Source: Anaeromyxobacter sp.
GTDB lineage: Bacteria > Myxococcota > Myxococcia > Myxococcales > Anaeromyxobacteraceae
Assembly (NCBI GenBank): GCA_049840735.1
Contig: JASGJN010000026.1
Location: 224,001-288,000, forward strand
Length of the DNA stretch: 64,000 bases
Direction: 5' to 3'
Below are positions 1 through 11,612 of the stretch, piece after piece; the stretch's first letter is position 1, and each line of letters starts with the position of its first letter. The translations under genes and the position numbers were made by a program. Below the pieces are notes generated by a model. The model was not told the origin of the DNA. It did not search any database and saw nothing but the letters and a program-made list of their open reading frames with translations.

Positions 1-1655
1 TCCGGCCCGGCGGCACTCACGCGCGAGCCACCGCCTGGCGGCGGCCAGCTCGGCGCGCTCGGCCAGCTCACCGGGCGTGACCCTGACCCGCGCCAGCGCG
101 GCTGCGAGCACCAGGCTCGCGCCCCAGGCGGCCAGGTGGGTGAGCGCGCTGGTCCGGCCGGCCTGGAGGAAGCCGCCGGCCAGCGCGTCGATCAGCACGG
201 CCCAGGCCGCGTACGGCACCGCCGCCACGATCGCGAAGGCCGCCGCCGGCCGTCCGCCTCCGCCCAGCGACCACGCCGCCGAGAGGGTCAGGACGTTCAA
301 CGGGAGCGCGAAGAGCAGCCAGCAGCGGCTCGGGGGGCTCGCCTGCCGGCGGCGCGGATCCCCTTGCCAGGCCGCCGCGCCGGCCAGCGCCAGCACGGCC
401 AGCGCGGTGGGCCACCAGGCCAGGAGCTGCGCGCCGGAGAGCTGCTGGAGCGCCTCCAGGCCCAGCGCCAGTCGCTGCAGGGCGTGGCCGCGCCCGGCCT
501 GGTCGCGTGCCGCAGCTCGGCCCCGGTGGTGGTCTCGCCGGAGGGAAAGAGCGTGGCGACCAGCGCACGGTCGGCCTGCGGCAGCTCGGCCCGGTCCACC
601 AGCAGTCGCAGGTGCAGGTCGGGCGCGGCGCGGACGGCGATGGTCCCGGCCAGCTGCAGACGCGCCAGCGCCGCGGACCGGGCCGCCCCCTCCGGCCGCG
701 GGTCCCAGGCGGCGCCGATCGCCTCGGGCGGCCGCGAGAAGAGCCGCTGCTCGAGCCAGGCGGCGTCGATTTGGTCCGGCGCCGGACCGCGCGCGAAGGC
801 GCCGCGCGCCCGGGCCTGGAGCGCGATGGCGGCGGTGATGAGCAGCAGCGCCAGCACCAGCCCGGCGCGGAGCGCCAGCCGCTCCTCCGGCGCGAAGGCC
901 GGCGCGCCAAGGGCGAGCGGCTCGGGCGGCTCGGGACGATCCAGCGGACCGCCCGGGCGCTCCGCGACCGCCGTCAGCCGGCGCGCCACCTGGGGCGCGG
1001 GCTGCGGCCCGGTCCAGCGGAGCGCCACGCGCAGCTCGGCCCCGGTCCCCGGCGCCAGCTCGCGCTCCTCCACCGCCGGCGGCGCCGCGCCGCCGCCCTC
1101 CGGCGGCCGCCCAGCCCGGCTCGAGCGCCAGCGTGGCGCGCAGGTGCCGCAGCACGCCGGACCGCTCCGGCAGGCCGAAGTCATGGGCCAGCCGGTAGGC
1201 GCCGTCCGGCTCGAGCAGCAGCACGCCGGAGACGCTGTAGGCCAGCTCGTACGTGAGCGTCGCCTTCCGGTGCGGCGGTGAGCCCGCGGCGCGGCTGGAC
1301 CAGCGCAGCGTGCGGGGGTCGCCCCACGCGTAGTGATCGGCCGCGCCGAGCGGGCCAGGCGTGAGCGCGTGAGGCCTCCCGGCGCGGTCGAAGCCGGACC
1401 AGGCGCTCCAGCGTCGAGCTGCTGCCCGGGGCCCAGCCGGAACCGGCGCTCGGGGCCGGTCCAGTCCCCGTCCAGCAGCAGCACCTGCCGCTCCACCACG
1501 CGCAGCGTGCCCTGCGCGTCGAGCCGGGCCTGCGCCTCGACCGAGGTCCACTGCATCGAGCGCGGGGGCGGCCTCGGCCTGGCCGGCGTCTCCGCGGCCA
1601 GGGCGGGGAGGGCGGCGGCCAGGGCCGCCAGCGCGAGCAGCGACGGGGTGGGCAT
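1..1655 (-). CDS. DUF2207-like predicted membrane protein (3' end runs off the window; frameshifts near ~1400 and ~500)
   Basis: Signal peptide (MPTPSLLALAALAAALPALA), then 'VEAQARLDAQGTLRVVERQVLLLDGDWTGPERRF', typical of the DUF2207 N-terminus. TM segments continue in another frame toward position 1. Confidence 0.55.
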
Positions 1656-1902
1656 CCCGCAAGCTCACCGCGAAGGCGCCGCTCCGTCCAGCTTTTCGGA
1701 GGCCCCCGCCCAGGCCGGGCCGACACCGCCCCGCTCCACGCGTCGCCCGCCGGCCGCGGAGACGTTGCAGCTCCGGCATGGTCAGTGAAGCCTCCGGCGG
1801 GCTAGGTAGGCGGCGTCGCTGCGAGCCCTGCGCGGCGCGAGCCCGCCGGGCTCGCGAAGGCGAAGGGCAGGCTTCGCCGTCCCCTCTCCCAGGAGCCCAC
1901 AC

Positions 1903-3140
1903 ATGAAGCGTCTCGCGCATCCTCCCCGCCGCCCTGGCCCTGCTGGCCGTGGCGATGGTCCCGCCGGCCCGCGCCGACGATCGCGCCCGCTGGAGCGGCG
2001 GCGTCCAGCGGTCCGCGCCCCTTCTACCTGGTGGACGGGCTCGAGCCCGGCCCGCTCAAGGACCGGCTGGAGCAGTGCAAGGACGGGCCGTTCTACCGGA
2101 CCACCTTCTCCATCGGCCACCGCGGGGCCGCGCTGCAGTTCCCCGAGCACTCGGACGTCTCCTACCAGGCCGCCGCGCGCATGGGGGCGGGGGTGGTCGA
2201 GTGCGACGTGACCTTCACCGCCGACGGCGAGCTGGTCTGCCGCCACAGCGAGTGCGACCTGGCCACCACCACCGACATCGTGGCCACCCCGCTCAACGCG
2301 AAGTGCACGCGCCCCTGGGCCGGGCCGAACTCCAGCCCGCTCTGCTGCACCAGCGACCTCACCCTGGCCGAGTTCAAGACCCTGGACGCCAAGATGGACG
2401 CGTCCAACCCGGCCGCCGCCACCGCGCAGGGCTTCCTGGGCGGGACCGCCCCCTGGCGGACCGACCTCTACACCGGCCGCGCGCGCGTGATGACGCTGGA
2501 CGAGAGCATCGAGCTGAACCAGCGCAACGGCGTGAAGCACACGCCCGAGCTGAAGGGCGCCACCTTCCAGGATCGCGTCGACCGCATCTTCGGCGGGCAG
2601 GCGCAGTACGCGCAGGCGCTCATCGACGCGCTCAGGGCGCACGGCGTCTCGCCCCGCGACGCGTTCCCGCAGTCGTTCAACGTGGACGACGTCCTCTACT
2701 GGGTCCGGAACACCGGGTACGGGCGCCAGGCGGTCTTCCTGGACGGCGTCAATCCCACCGTCACCCCGGCCGTCCCGCGCCTCAGCCTCCAGCAGCTGCG
2801 CGACCTGCGCCGCCAGGGCGTGCGCATCGTGGCGCCGCCGATGTGGGCGCTGCTCTCGGTGAACGACGCGGGCGCCATCGTGCCGTCCGAGTACGCGCGC
2901 GACATCCGCGCCAGCGGCCTGGATATCATCACCTGGACCTTCGAGCGCGCCGACCTGCGCCAGGGCGCGTCGAAGGGCGGCTGGTACTACCTGTTCGACC
3001 CGCAGGGCAAGGCGGTCAAGACCGACAGCGACATGTACAAGGCGCTCGACGTGCTGGCGAAGGACGTCCGGATCCTCGGGATCTTCTCCGACTGGCCGGC
3101 CACGGTCTCGTACTACGCGAGCTGCATGCGGCTGCAGTAG
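1903..3140 (+). CDS. Secreted glycerophosphodiester phosphodiesterase (GDPD); two apparent frameshifts in the first ~110 nt
   Basis: IGHRGA, ECDVTFTADGELVCRH and GIFSDWP motifs. AGGAG RBS before ATG 1903. Signal peptide can be rebuilt as MKRLA-ILPAALALLAVAMVPPARA across the frameshift. Confidence 0.85.
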
Positions 3141-3260
3141 CGGCGACGCGCGGTGCGGGCGGCTCGACCTCCTCCGGGCCGCCCGCGCCGGCGCAGGTCT
3201 CCCAACGAGGGAGGCCCGGCGGAGCCGTGGCCGCTCGCCCGCCGCGCCGCGGCATCCCCG

Positions 3261-3276
3261 GGGAACGGGCGATGCA
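3261..3276 (+). promoter_or_regulatory. Possible sigma-54 (-24/-12) promoter for the 3375 ORF
   Basis: GGGAACGGGCGATGCA has GG-N10-GC spacing but an imperfect -24 box. Confidence 0.3.
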
Positions 3277-3374
3277 GGGACTGCGCGCGCACGCGGGCCG
3301 GTCCCGCTCCTGCGCTCGTGCCGACGCCGTCGACGCCCGCCGGGAGCGAGGCCGCCGCCTCACCGGAGTCCGCC

Positions 3375-3683
3375 ATGACGATCGATTTCGACCTGCCGAT
3401 CACCGCCGAGGACGAGCTCGAGATGATGGACGAGCTGGGCGACATGGAGGGGATCTCCGGGATCCCCGAGGTGCTGGACGGCCTGCTGGGCGACCCGCTG
3501 CTGGCTCCCGCCGCCGACCCCTCGGTCCACCTCGAGCTGAATCGCCGAGCTGGAGGAGACGCCCTGACGCGCCGGGCGTCGCGGCCGGCGCCCGCCGCGC
3601 GCCCACGACCCGCGGGTGGTGCAAGAGCCCGCTTCCTGCGGCGCAGGTCCAGCGCTGGCGCGCAAGCCTCACGCGCCACCTGA
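3375..3683 (+). CDS. Small hypothetical protein (acidic N-half, Arg-rich C-half)
   Basis: GGAG RBS before ATG 3375; protein-like sequence MTIDFDLPITAEDELEMMDELGDME. Confidence 0.5.
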   Translation: MTIDFDLPITAEDELEMMDELGDMEGISGIPEVLDGLLGDPLLAPAADPSVHLELNRRAGGDALTRRASRPAPAARPRPAGGARARFLRRRSSAGAQASRAT

Positions 3684-3937
3684 GGGGTCCTCCCTGAGTA
3701 GAACCGGCGCGGCGGCCGCGTGTGACGCGACGTCGCGCCGGGGCACTTCCGCTCGGGGCGTGGCCCCCCGGGGCCTCCGATCGGTCCTTGTAATCTCACG
3801 GATCGTGATGCTAGCCATCACCGTCTTCCTCCAGGGAGCAGGGCGGGGCAGATGGCCTGTGCACGTGGGAGCGGCTCGAGCCGGTGGGGCCGGCGCGGCC
3901 GGCGCGGTCGCGGCCGCGTCGGACGCGGGAGCCACCG

Positions 3938-5416
<1,479 letters not shown>

Positions 5417-5439
5417 CCGGCCGCCGCGCCCGGCGCTGC

Positions 5440-5455
5440 CGGAAAGATCGTTCCG
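5440..5455. promoter_or_regulatory. Inverted repeat, candidate upstream activator site (bEBP binding)
   Basis: CGGAA-AGATCG-TTCCG about 110 bp upstream of the -24/-12 element; another CGGAA half-site at 5460. Confidence 0.5.
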
Positions 5456-5561
5456 CCCCCGGAACCGCGCTGCGCGCCCGCGCGGGCCCTCCCGCCGGCC
5501 TCCGTCCCGCGGGGCGCCGCGCTTCCCGCGCCTTTCAGCTGGACCGCGGCGAGCGGCGCCC

Positions 5562-5577
5562 GGGCACGCCGCGTGCT
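5562..5577 (+). promoter_or_regulatory. Sigma-54 promoter of the large operon
   Basis: GGGCACGCCGCGTGCT matches the TGGCACG-N4-TTGC consensus with exact GG-N10-GC spacing, directly downstream of a bEBP gene. Confidence 0.7.
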
Positions 5578-5617
5578 TCCGCCCGATCCACGCTTCACGG
5601 AGAGTTCGGGATGGAAC

Positions 5618-5866
5618 GTGGATGACCTCACCGGCCTGCGCGACGGATGGGTGCAGTTCAGGCTCCGGGACGCGTACCTCCCGGACGCACGGGACCTGTC
5701 CCTGCGCCTGCACGGCGAGGATCTCCTGCAGGGAAGGGTGGTCGGCGTCTCGGACAGCGGCACCACGGAGGCCGCCTACGTCGTCGTCCAGGTCGAGGGG
5801 ATCGGGGAGCTGATCGTCGTGCCCACCACCGGGATCCTGGCGCGGACGCCCGGGAGCACCCGCTGA
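5618..5866 (+). CDS. Small hypothetical beta-rich protein, first gene of the operon
   Basis: ORF VDDLTGLRDGWVQFRLRDAYLP...YVVVQVEGIGELIVVP with GC3-rich codons, just after the sigma-54 promoter. Confidence 0.6.
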   Translation: MDDLTGLRDGWVQFRLRDAYLPDARDLSLRLHGEDLLQGRVVGVSDSGTTEAAYVVVQVEGIGELIVVPTTGILARTPGSTR

Positions 5867-5917
5867 ACGGAGCCAACCGTGTACTCGCTTCGCCTTTCCG
5901 CACCGCAGTCCGTCGCG

Positions 5918-7664
5918 ATGGCCGTCGAGGGGGTCATCCGCGTGGCGCCCAGCCGGGCGCGCATCGACCGGCGCGAGCCCACGGTGGGGTTCACCATCTC
6001 CACCAACCGCCCCTTCGCCGAGCTGGTGGTGGCGGTCGACCCGGACCTCTTCCGCCCCGAGGCCGCGGCCCGGCGCACGCCGGCCACCTTCTTCGCCAGC
6101 CGCGAGCACGGGCTCTTGCGCGGCCCCGGCGAGCTCGTCTACCTGCTCCCTGCGGCGTTCGTGGCGGCGGCCGTCGCGGGCACGCCGCGCCCGACCCGGC
6201 TCTACTACCTGGCCATCGGCTACGACGACGAGCGCGGGGCCAACCCGCTCCACTCGGTCGAGCCGGCCCGCTGGCCGGCGGACCTCCCCTGGCTGGAGAA
6301 TCGCGGAGGACGTGCAGCGCCAGTCCATCGCGGCCTCGCTCGGGATCGCGCTGGCGCGGCTGACCCGGGGTCCGGCCCTGGCGCCGGAGGGCGCGCTGCA
6401 GGGCGGGGCGCTGGACGCCCCCGCCGCGCCCGGCGCGCCGCGGGTGGTCTGGCGCCAGGAGGCCTCGGGCACCCTGCCCGCCGCCCGCGTGGTGGCGCTG
6501 GAGGAGCTCGAGGACCCGGAGGGACGCGCCGGGGTGGCCGCGCCGGAAGGCGGAAGCTGGCAGGAGGACGGGCGCGAGGCGGCGCCGCCGGAGGAGGCCG
6601 CCCCGGACCGCGGCGCGGACGGGCACGCCGGGCCGCAGGCGGCCGCGGCCGACGACCTCGACTACGACGACGGCTACGGGCCGGAGGCCCGCGCCGCGGC
6701 GCTCGACAGCGCCTTCCCTGCCGGAAGCCCCGAGCCGGACGAGCTGCTGGACGAGGAGGCGCCGGAAGAGTCCGTCCAGGACGAGGCCGCCCCGGGTGAC
6801 GAGGCGCGCAGCGCCGGGGCGGGGGCCGCCGCCTACCGGGACGAGGCAGACCTGGCGCCAGCCGCCGAGCCGCCCCCGCTGCCGCAGGCGGCGCTCGATC
6901 GCGTGCTGGACGAGCTGATCCGCGGGCGCGAGGGCACGCTGCTGACGCTGGCGCGTCCCACCGAGCGGGACGGGCTCGCCTTCGGGGCCACCCAGGCCAC
7001 CCAGCGCTCCGGCGAGCTGGGCCGCTTGCTGGCCAGGCTGCGGGCGACCGACGGCGCCGGCTTTGCCCGGGTGTTCGGACCGGACGCGGAGGCGCTGCTC
7101 GCCACCACCGGCGCCGCGACCGAGGAGGCCCGCCTCCAGGCGGTGGGCGGGCAGGCCCTGGTCGACGAGCCCTGGCGGGCGCGCTTCGCCGAGGCCGGCC
7201 GCCACCCGCCCTTCGTGGAGGCGCAGCGCGCCTTCGCCCGGGACACGCTGCTCACGCCGCTGGTCCCGATCGCCCGCGACCTGGGGCTGGGCACCCGCGC
7301 CCTGGCGATGCTGGCCGCCATCGCGGTGGCGCGCGGCCCAGACGCGGGCCTCCGCTGGGCCCTGGGCGGCATCGGCCCCGGCGCCAGCGCGGCGCAGCTG
7401 CAGGCGGCGCTCGGCTCGCTGGGCGACGCCGACCTCGCCGCCTTCCAGCGCCGGCAGGGGCTCACGCCCAGCGGCGAGCTCGACCCGACCACCCACGCCC
7501 GGCTGCTGGCGGCGCTCCGGGCCCTCGGCGCCCGCGCGCCGGTGCCCACGCTGACGGCGCCGCAGGTGGCGCAGGCCTGGCTGCGCCAGGCGGCGCGCGA
7601 ACCCTTCCGCCACAAGCTCGAGAGCCTGGCCTCGAGCCCCGCCCTGGAGGACCGCGCCCTCTGA
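5918..7664 (+). CDS. Multidomain protein: unknown N-domain, acidic linker, lysozyme/chitosanase-like domain with peptidoglycan-binding motif (frameshift at ~6300)
   Basis: ORFs 5879-6799 and 6312-7664 join if GAATC at 6298-6302 is GATC (LE-IAEDVQRQ). GLAFGATQATQRSGELGRLL resembles muramidase-fold motifs; LAAFQRRQGLTPSGELDPTT matches PG_binding_1. Confidence 0.6.
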
Positions 7665-7698
7665 GGCGGGAGCCACGATGACCAAGGCGGGATCGAAC

Positions 7699-9082
7699 AT
7701 GGGCACAGGCCCGGCCGGCTCCGGCAGCACCTCCAGGCGCGAGCCCGCGCGCGGACCCGTGGCGCGCGGAGATCGACCGGCTGCTCACGGCCACGCCCGC
7801 GTTCACGCAGCTCGCGCCCGCCACGCAGCAGGCCATGCGGGAGGCCATGGCCAAGATCACCTCCTACCTGGCCGCCGATCCCGTGCCGGCGCAGGCCAGC
7901 GCCTGGCAGCTCGCGCCGGACCTGGGCGCGCTGCGGCCCGGCGGCGGCGCGGCCCCCGGCGCTGGCGCCACCGGCCCTGCGCCCGCGGCGCCGCCGCCGG
8001 GTCCCGCCGCGGCCCCGGGGGCCCCGTCCGGCGGCGGCGCGCCCGCAGGCGGCGGCGCCGCAGACCGCGTGGGCGGCGTGGCCCGCGCCACGCTGAGCGC
8101 GATCGACTTCCCCTCCTTCGTCGCCTCGCTCATCCAGGGCACCTTCCAGGCCATCGTGGACGCCTCCATCCAGCAGATGGAGGCCTACGCAGAGCTGCTC
8201 AAGAACGCGGCGCTGACCGTCGACGCGTTCATGAACGACAACGTCACCGACGGCCAGGCCCGCGACTACCTGGCCGACCGGTACGGCGGCGTCTTCAACC
8301 GCGACACCGCCGGAACCGCGCCGCGCCTGGCGGTCGCGCCCGGCGCGGGGGCGGCGGGGCTGCCCAGCTTCCTCACCGACCTGGGCATCTCCTCCGCGGG
8401 CGACCTCGACGACCAGGCGGTGGAGGAGACGGTCGTCCCGGCCACGCGCCGGATGCTGGCCGAGCAGCGGCAGCAGACCCTGGCGACGATGGTCCTCATG
8501 GGGATCAACCGCATCGTCGTCAACGACGGCGAGATCTCCGCCAAGCTCCAGTTCCACGTCGACGCGTCCGAAGCGACGGCCATGCGCTTCGACCAGACCA
8601 AGCAGAGCGGCATGTCCATGTCGGGGACGGCGGGGCGCAACCCGTTCTCGGCCCAGGGCATCATGGTCAACACCACCTCGCTCAACGCGCAGAGCGAGCT
8701 GAACGTCCGCGCCGACCTGGTCGGCAACGTGGTGGTCCGGTTCCGGAGCGAGACCTTCCCGCTGGATCGGTTCGCCGACTCGGCGGCCATCCAGCTCATC
8801 AACACGCGCGCCCGCGTGCCCGGCGGCGCGCAGGCCGCCGCGCCCGGGGCACCCGCCGCCGCGCCGCCTGCGGCCCCGGCCCTCCCCGGCGTCGCGGGGG
8901 CGCCCGGTGCGCGCCAGCCCCCGGCCGTCGCCACGCCCGCCCCCGCCCCGGCCGGCCCGGGGGTGCCTCCACCCGCCCCGCCGCCGCCCGCCCCGCCGGC
9001 GCAGCAGTCCTCCTTCCGCCCGTCGTCGCCGGTGGCCCAGGCCGCCCCCGGCGCGTCGGCCGATCCCTGGAGCCTGTCGTGA
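7699..9082 (+). CDS. Uncharacterised family A paralogue 1 (frameshift near the start; ORF track starts at 7835)
   Basis: In-frame upstream sequence EIDRLLTATPAFTQLAPATQQAM aligns with the N-terminal domain of the other paralogues. Core IDFPSFVASLIQGTFQAIVDASIQQMEAY, LATMVLMGINRIVV, FRSETFPLDRF. Confidence 0.8.
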
Positions 9083-9338
9083 ACCGCCCCGAGCTCGGCG
9101 AGGTGCTGGGGGCGCTGCTGGAGGCCGTGCTCAACGGCGGCGGCGCCGCCGACCCGGTCAGCGGCGCGGGCATCGTGGTGCACGAGGCGGACATCGAGCT
9201 CCCGCTCGAGGGTTACCTGGCCGTGGAGGGAGGGAGGCCCGTCCTCCGCACCGCCCCGCCGCAGACCACCATGCGGACCGGCTTCGACGCACCGTTGCAC
9301 CGCGGGCGCCTGCTCGTGGTCCTGGCCCCGGGCGAGTG
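9079..9338 (+). CDS. Small hypothetical helix-strand protein
   Basis: GTGA overlap with the upstream stop; MNRPELGEVLGALLEAV...IVVHEADIELPLEG...; its TGA abuts the next ATG. Confidence 0.7.
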
Positions 9339-10257
9339 ATGAGCGATGACACCTCCGCCTTCCTCGTCGAGGACTTCATCCACTCGGTGGCCGCCCAGCT
9401 CGACCGCGTGCAGGACGCCCTTCGCCTCAAGGCCGTCAACCGGCCGCTCACCTACGCGCTCAAGGACTTCTCGCTCGACCTGCACGTCTTCGCCGAGATG
9501 GACGCCGACGGGCAGGTGCGCTTCCGCACCGCCGGTCCCAACGAGGCGGGGGCGAGCACCGTCCGCCTGGCCTTCACCACCATCACCCGCCCCATGATCG
9601 AGGAGAACACCGTGTCCCTGCAGGCGGCCGCCGGCCCCAGTCTCGACGAGCTCGGGCTCGATCCCGCCGAGCGCCGGCGGCTGGAGCAGCTGGGCGTGCG
9701 CAACGCCGGGCAGCTCACGCGCCTGCAGCGGAGCGCCGGCGCGGGGACCATCCAGCGGCTGGCGCAGGTCCCGGCCGATCGCCTGCGCCAGGCGCTGAGC
9801 CGCGGGCGCCCCAGCCTGGACCGGATCTCCATCGTGCCCGGCGGTGGTACCGCCCCCTCGCCCTTGCCCGCGCCGCCCGCCGCCGGCCCGCAGCCGCCCG
9901 CTCCACGCCCCCCCACCCCACCGCCTGCCCCACCCGTCCGCCCGGGGCCCCGGCCGCCGGGCCCGGGCACCGTGGTCGGCCCGCCGGTGCCCGCCGGGCC
10001 GGGCGGGATGGTCCGGCCCGGCCTCGCGCCGCGGCTGCGGCTGGAGGGGCGGAACCTCCTGGGCGAGGGGCTGCCGCGGGCGCGCTTCAACGACCGGCCG
10101 GTGCCGATCGCGAGCGCCGACGAGGAGGCCATCGAGCTGGAGCTGCCGGAGACCGCGGGCGTCCTCACGCTGGAGCTGGCCGACGGCGAGACGCACCAGA
10201 ATCCCGGTGGAGCTCCCGCCCCCGGCCCCGACCGACGAGCTCTGGGGGACGCCATGA
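9339..10257 (+). CDS. Hypothetical protein: helix-strand N-domain, helical hairpin-like middle, Pro-rich linker, IPT/TIG-like C-domain (frameshift at ~10200)
   Basis: Starts MSDDTSAFLVEDFIHSVAAQLDRVQ. Reading GAATC 10199-10203 as GATC gives ...GETHQIPVELPPPAPTDELWGTP*, whose TGA overlaps the next ATG (ATGA 10254-10257). Confidence 0.7.
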
Positions 10258-11612
10258 GGCTCTCCGGCTTCCTCCAGCTCTGCCTGCGGCCGGGCGAGGC
10301 CCCGGCCCACGTCCCGGCCCACGTGGACGTCCTGCTCGGCGCGGGGCGGCCGGTGTCCCGGCTCGACGGCGGCCCCATCGACCGGGCGGTGGCGCGCCAC
10401 GGCGGCGCCTTCCGCGCGGCCAACGTCTTCCCCGCGCGCCGCTCCTTCCTGCGGGTGGGCGCGCAGCACCTGGGCTACGACGACGTGGAGCACGCGCTGG
10501 GGCTGTCGCGGACGCTGCGGATCGAGGTGGCCGAGTGGCAGCGGACCGAGGACGTCATCGCCGACCTGCGCGGCCTGGCGGCGGTGGAGGCGGTGCTGCC
10601 GGAGACGGTGGCGCTGGCCCAGGAGCTGGCGGCGCAGCCGGTGGAGGAGGCCCCGCCGGCGACGGGGTCGGACCGCGCCCGGGAGCTGGTGCGCGCGGCC
10701 GAGGCGCTGGCGCTGGAGCCGGGCGACGAGCGGGTCACGACCGCGGTGGTGGACACCGGGGTGGCGCTCGGCCACGCCGAGCTGCGCCGGAAGCTCCTGG
10801 CCGGCTACGACACGGTGGACATCGACCTGGACGCGCTGGAGGGGATGGCGCTGGTCGGGGACAGCCGCGGGCGGGACTTCAACCCGCGCGACGACGTGGG
10901 GCACGGCACCCACGTGGCGGGCATCATCGGCGCCCAGGGTTTCCGGGCCCCGCGCGGCCTGGGCGGGCGGGCGCTGGTGCTGCCGCTCCGGGTGCTGGCG
11001 GCGGCGGTGGCGCAGGTCAGCGGCCGCCGCATGGGCGTGGGCGGCCTCTCCGACATCGACTGCGGGCTCAAGGTGGCGTGCGACCTGGGCGCCAAGGTGA
11101 TCAACCTGAGCCTGGGGACGGCCGAGAGCGCCCTGACCCCGGGGCAGCCGCCGCCGCACGCCGCGGTGGTGCGCTACGCCGCCCGGGCCGGCTGCGTGCT
11201 GGTGGCGGCCGCGGGCAACAGCGGGCGGCGGGAGGCGTTCTACCCGGCCGCGCTGCCCGAGGTGATCGCGGTGGGGTCGGTGTCGGACGAGCGCGCGCCC
11301 TCGGCCTTCTCCACGCGTGGCCCGCACGTGGCCCTGGCGGCCCCAGGCGAGCGGGTGCTCTCGCTGGGGCTGAGCGGCCTCCGCCGCTCCACCGGCACCT
11401 CGCACGCCGCCCCCTTCGTGGCCGGCGCCGCGGCGCTGCTGGTGTCCCGGGCGCGCCGGCGCGGGCGCGACCTGGACGGCGCGGCCGTCCGCCGCCTCCT
11501 GACCGGCACGGCGCGCCGGCTGGAGGGGGAGCGCGAGGCGGTCGGGGCGGGGCTGCTGGACGCGGCGGCGGCCCTCCGGGCGCTGGACCGGGAACAGGAG
11601 CGCGGCTCATGA
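10254..11612 (+). CDS. S8 (subtilisin-like) serine peptidase with N-terminal prodomain, no signal peptide
   Basis: AVVDTG (Asp), HGTHVAGII (His), AAAGNS (oxyanion Asn), GTSHAAPFVAG (Ser). Confidence 0.92.
   Translation: MRLSGFLQLCLRPGEAPAHVPAHVDVLLGAGRPVSRLDGGPIDRAVARHGGAFRAANVFPARRSFLRVGAQHLGYDDVEHALGLSRTLRIEVAEWQRTEDVIADLRGLAAVEAVLPETVALAQELAAQPVEEAPPATGSDRARELVRAAEALALEPGDERVTTAVVDTGVALGHAELRRKLLAGYDTVDIDLDALEGMALVGDSRGRDFNPRDDVGHGTHVAGIIGAQGFRAPRGLGGRALVLPLRVLAAAVAQVSGRRMGVGGLSDIDCGLKVACDLGAKVINLSLGTAESALTPGQPPPHAAVVRYAARAGCVLVAAAGNSGRREAFYPAALPEVIAVGSVSDERAPSAFSTRGPHVALAAPGERVLSLGLSGLRRSTGTSHAAPFVAGAAALLVSRARRRGRDLDGAAVRRLLTGTARRLEGEREAVGAGLLDAAAALRALDREQERGS

Noticed and set aside
3796..3808. 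TCACG-GAT-CGTGA palindrome upstream of the bEBP gene as a CRP/FNR site
   Set aside because: Half-site orientation and spacing do not match TGTGA-N6-TCACA or TTGAT-N4-ATCAA; too short to call.
8907..11612. 901-aa fusion of a hypothetical protein with the S8 protease
   Set aside because: One extra base at GAATC 10199 explains it; the repaired frame stops at an ATGA overlap like the other operon junctions.
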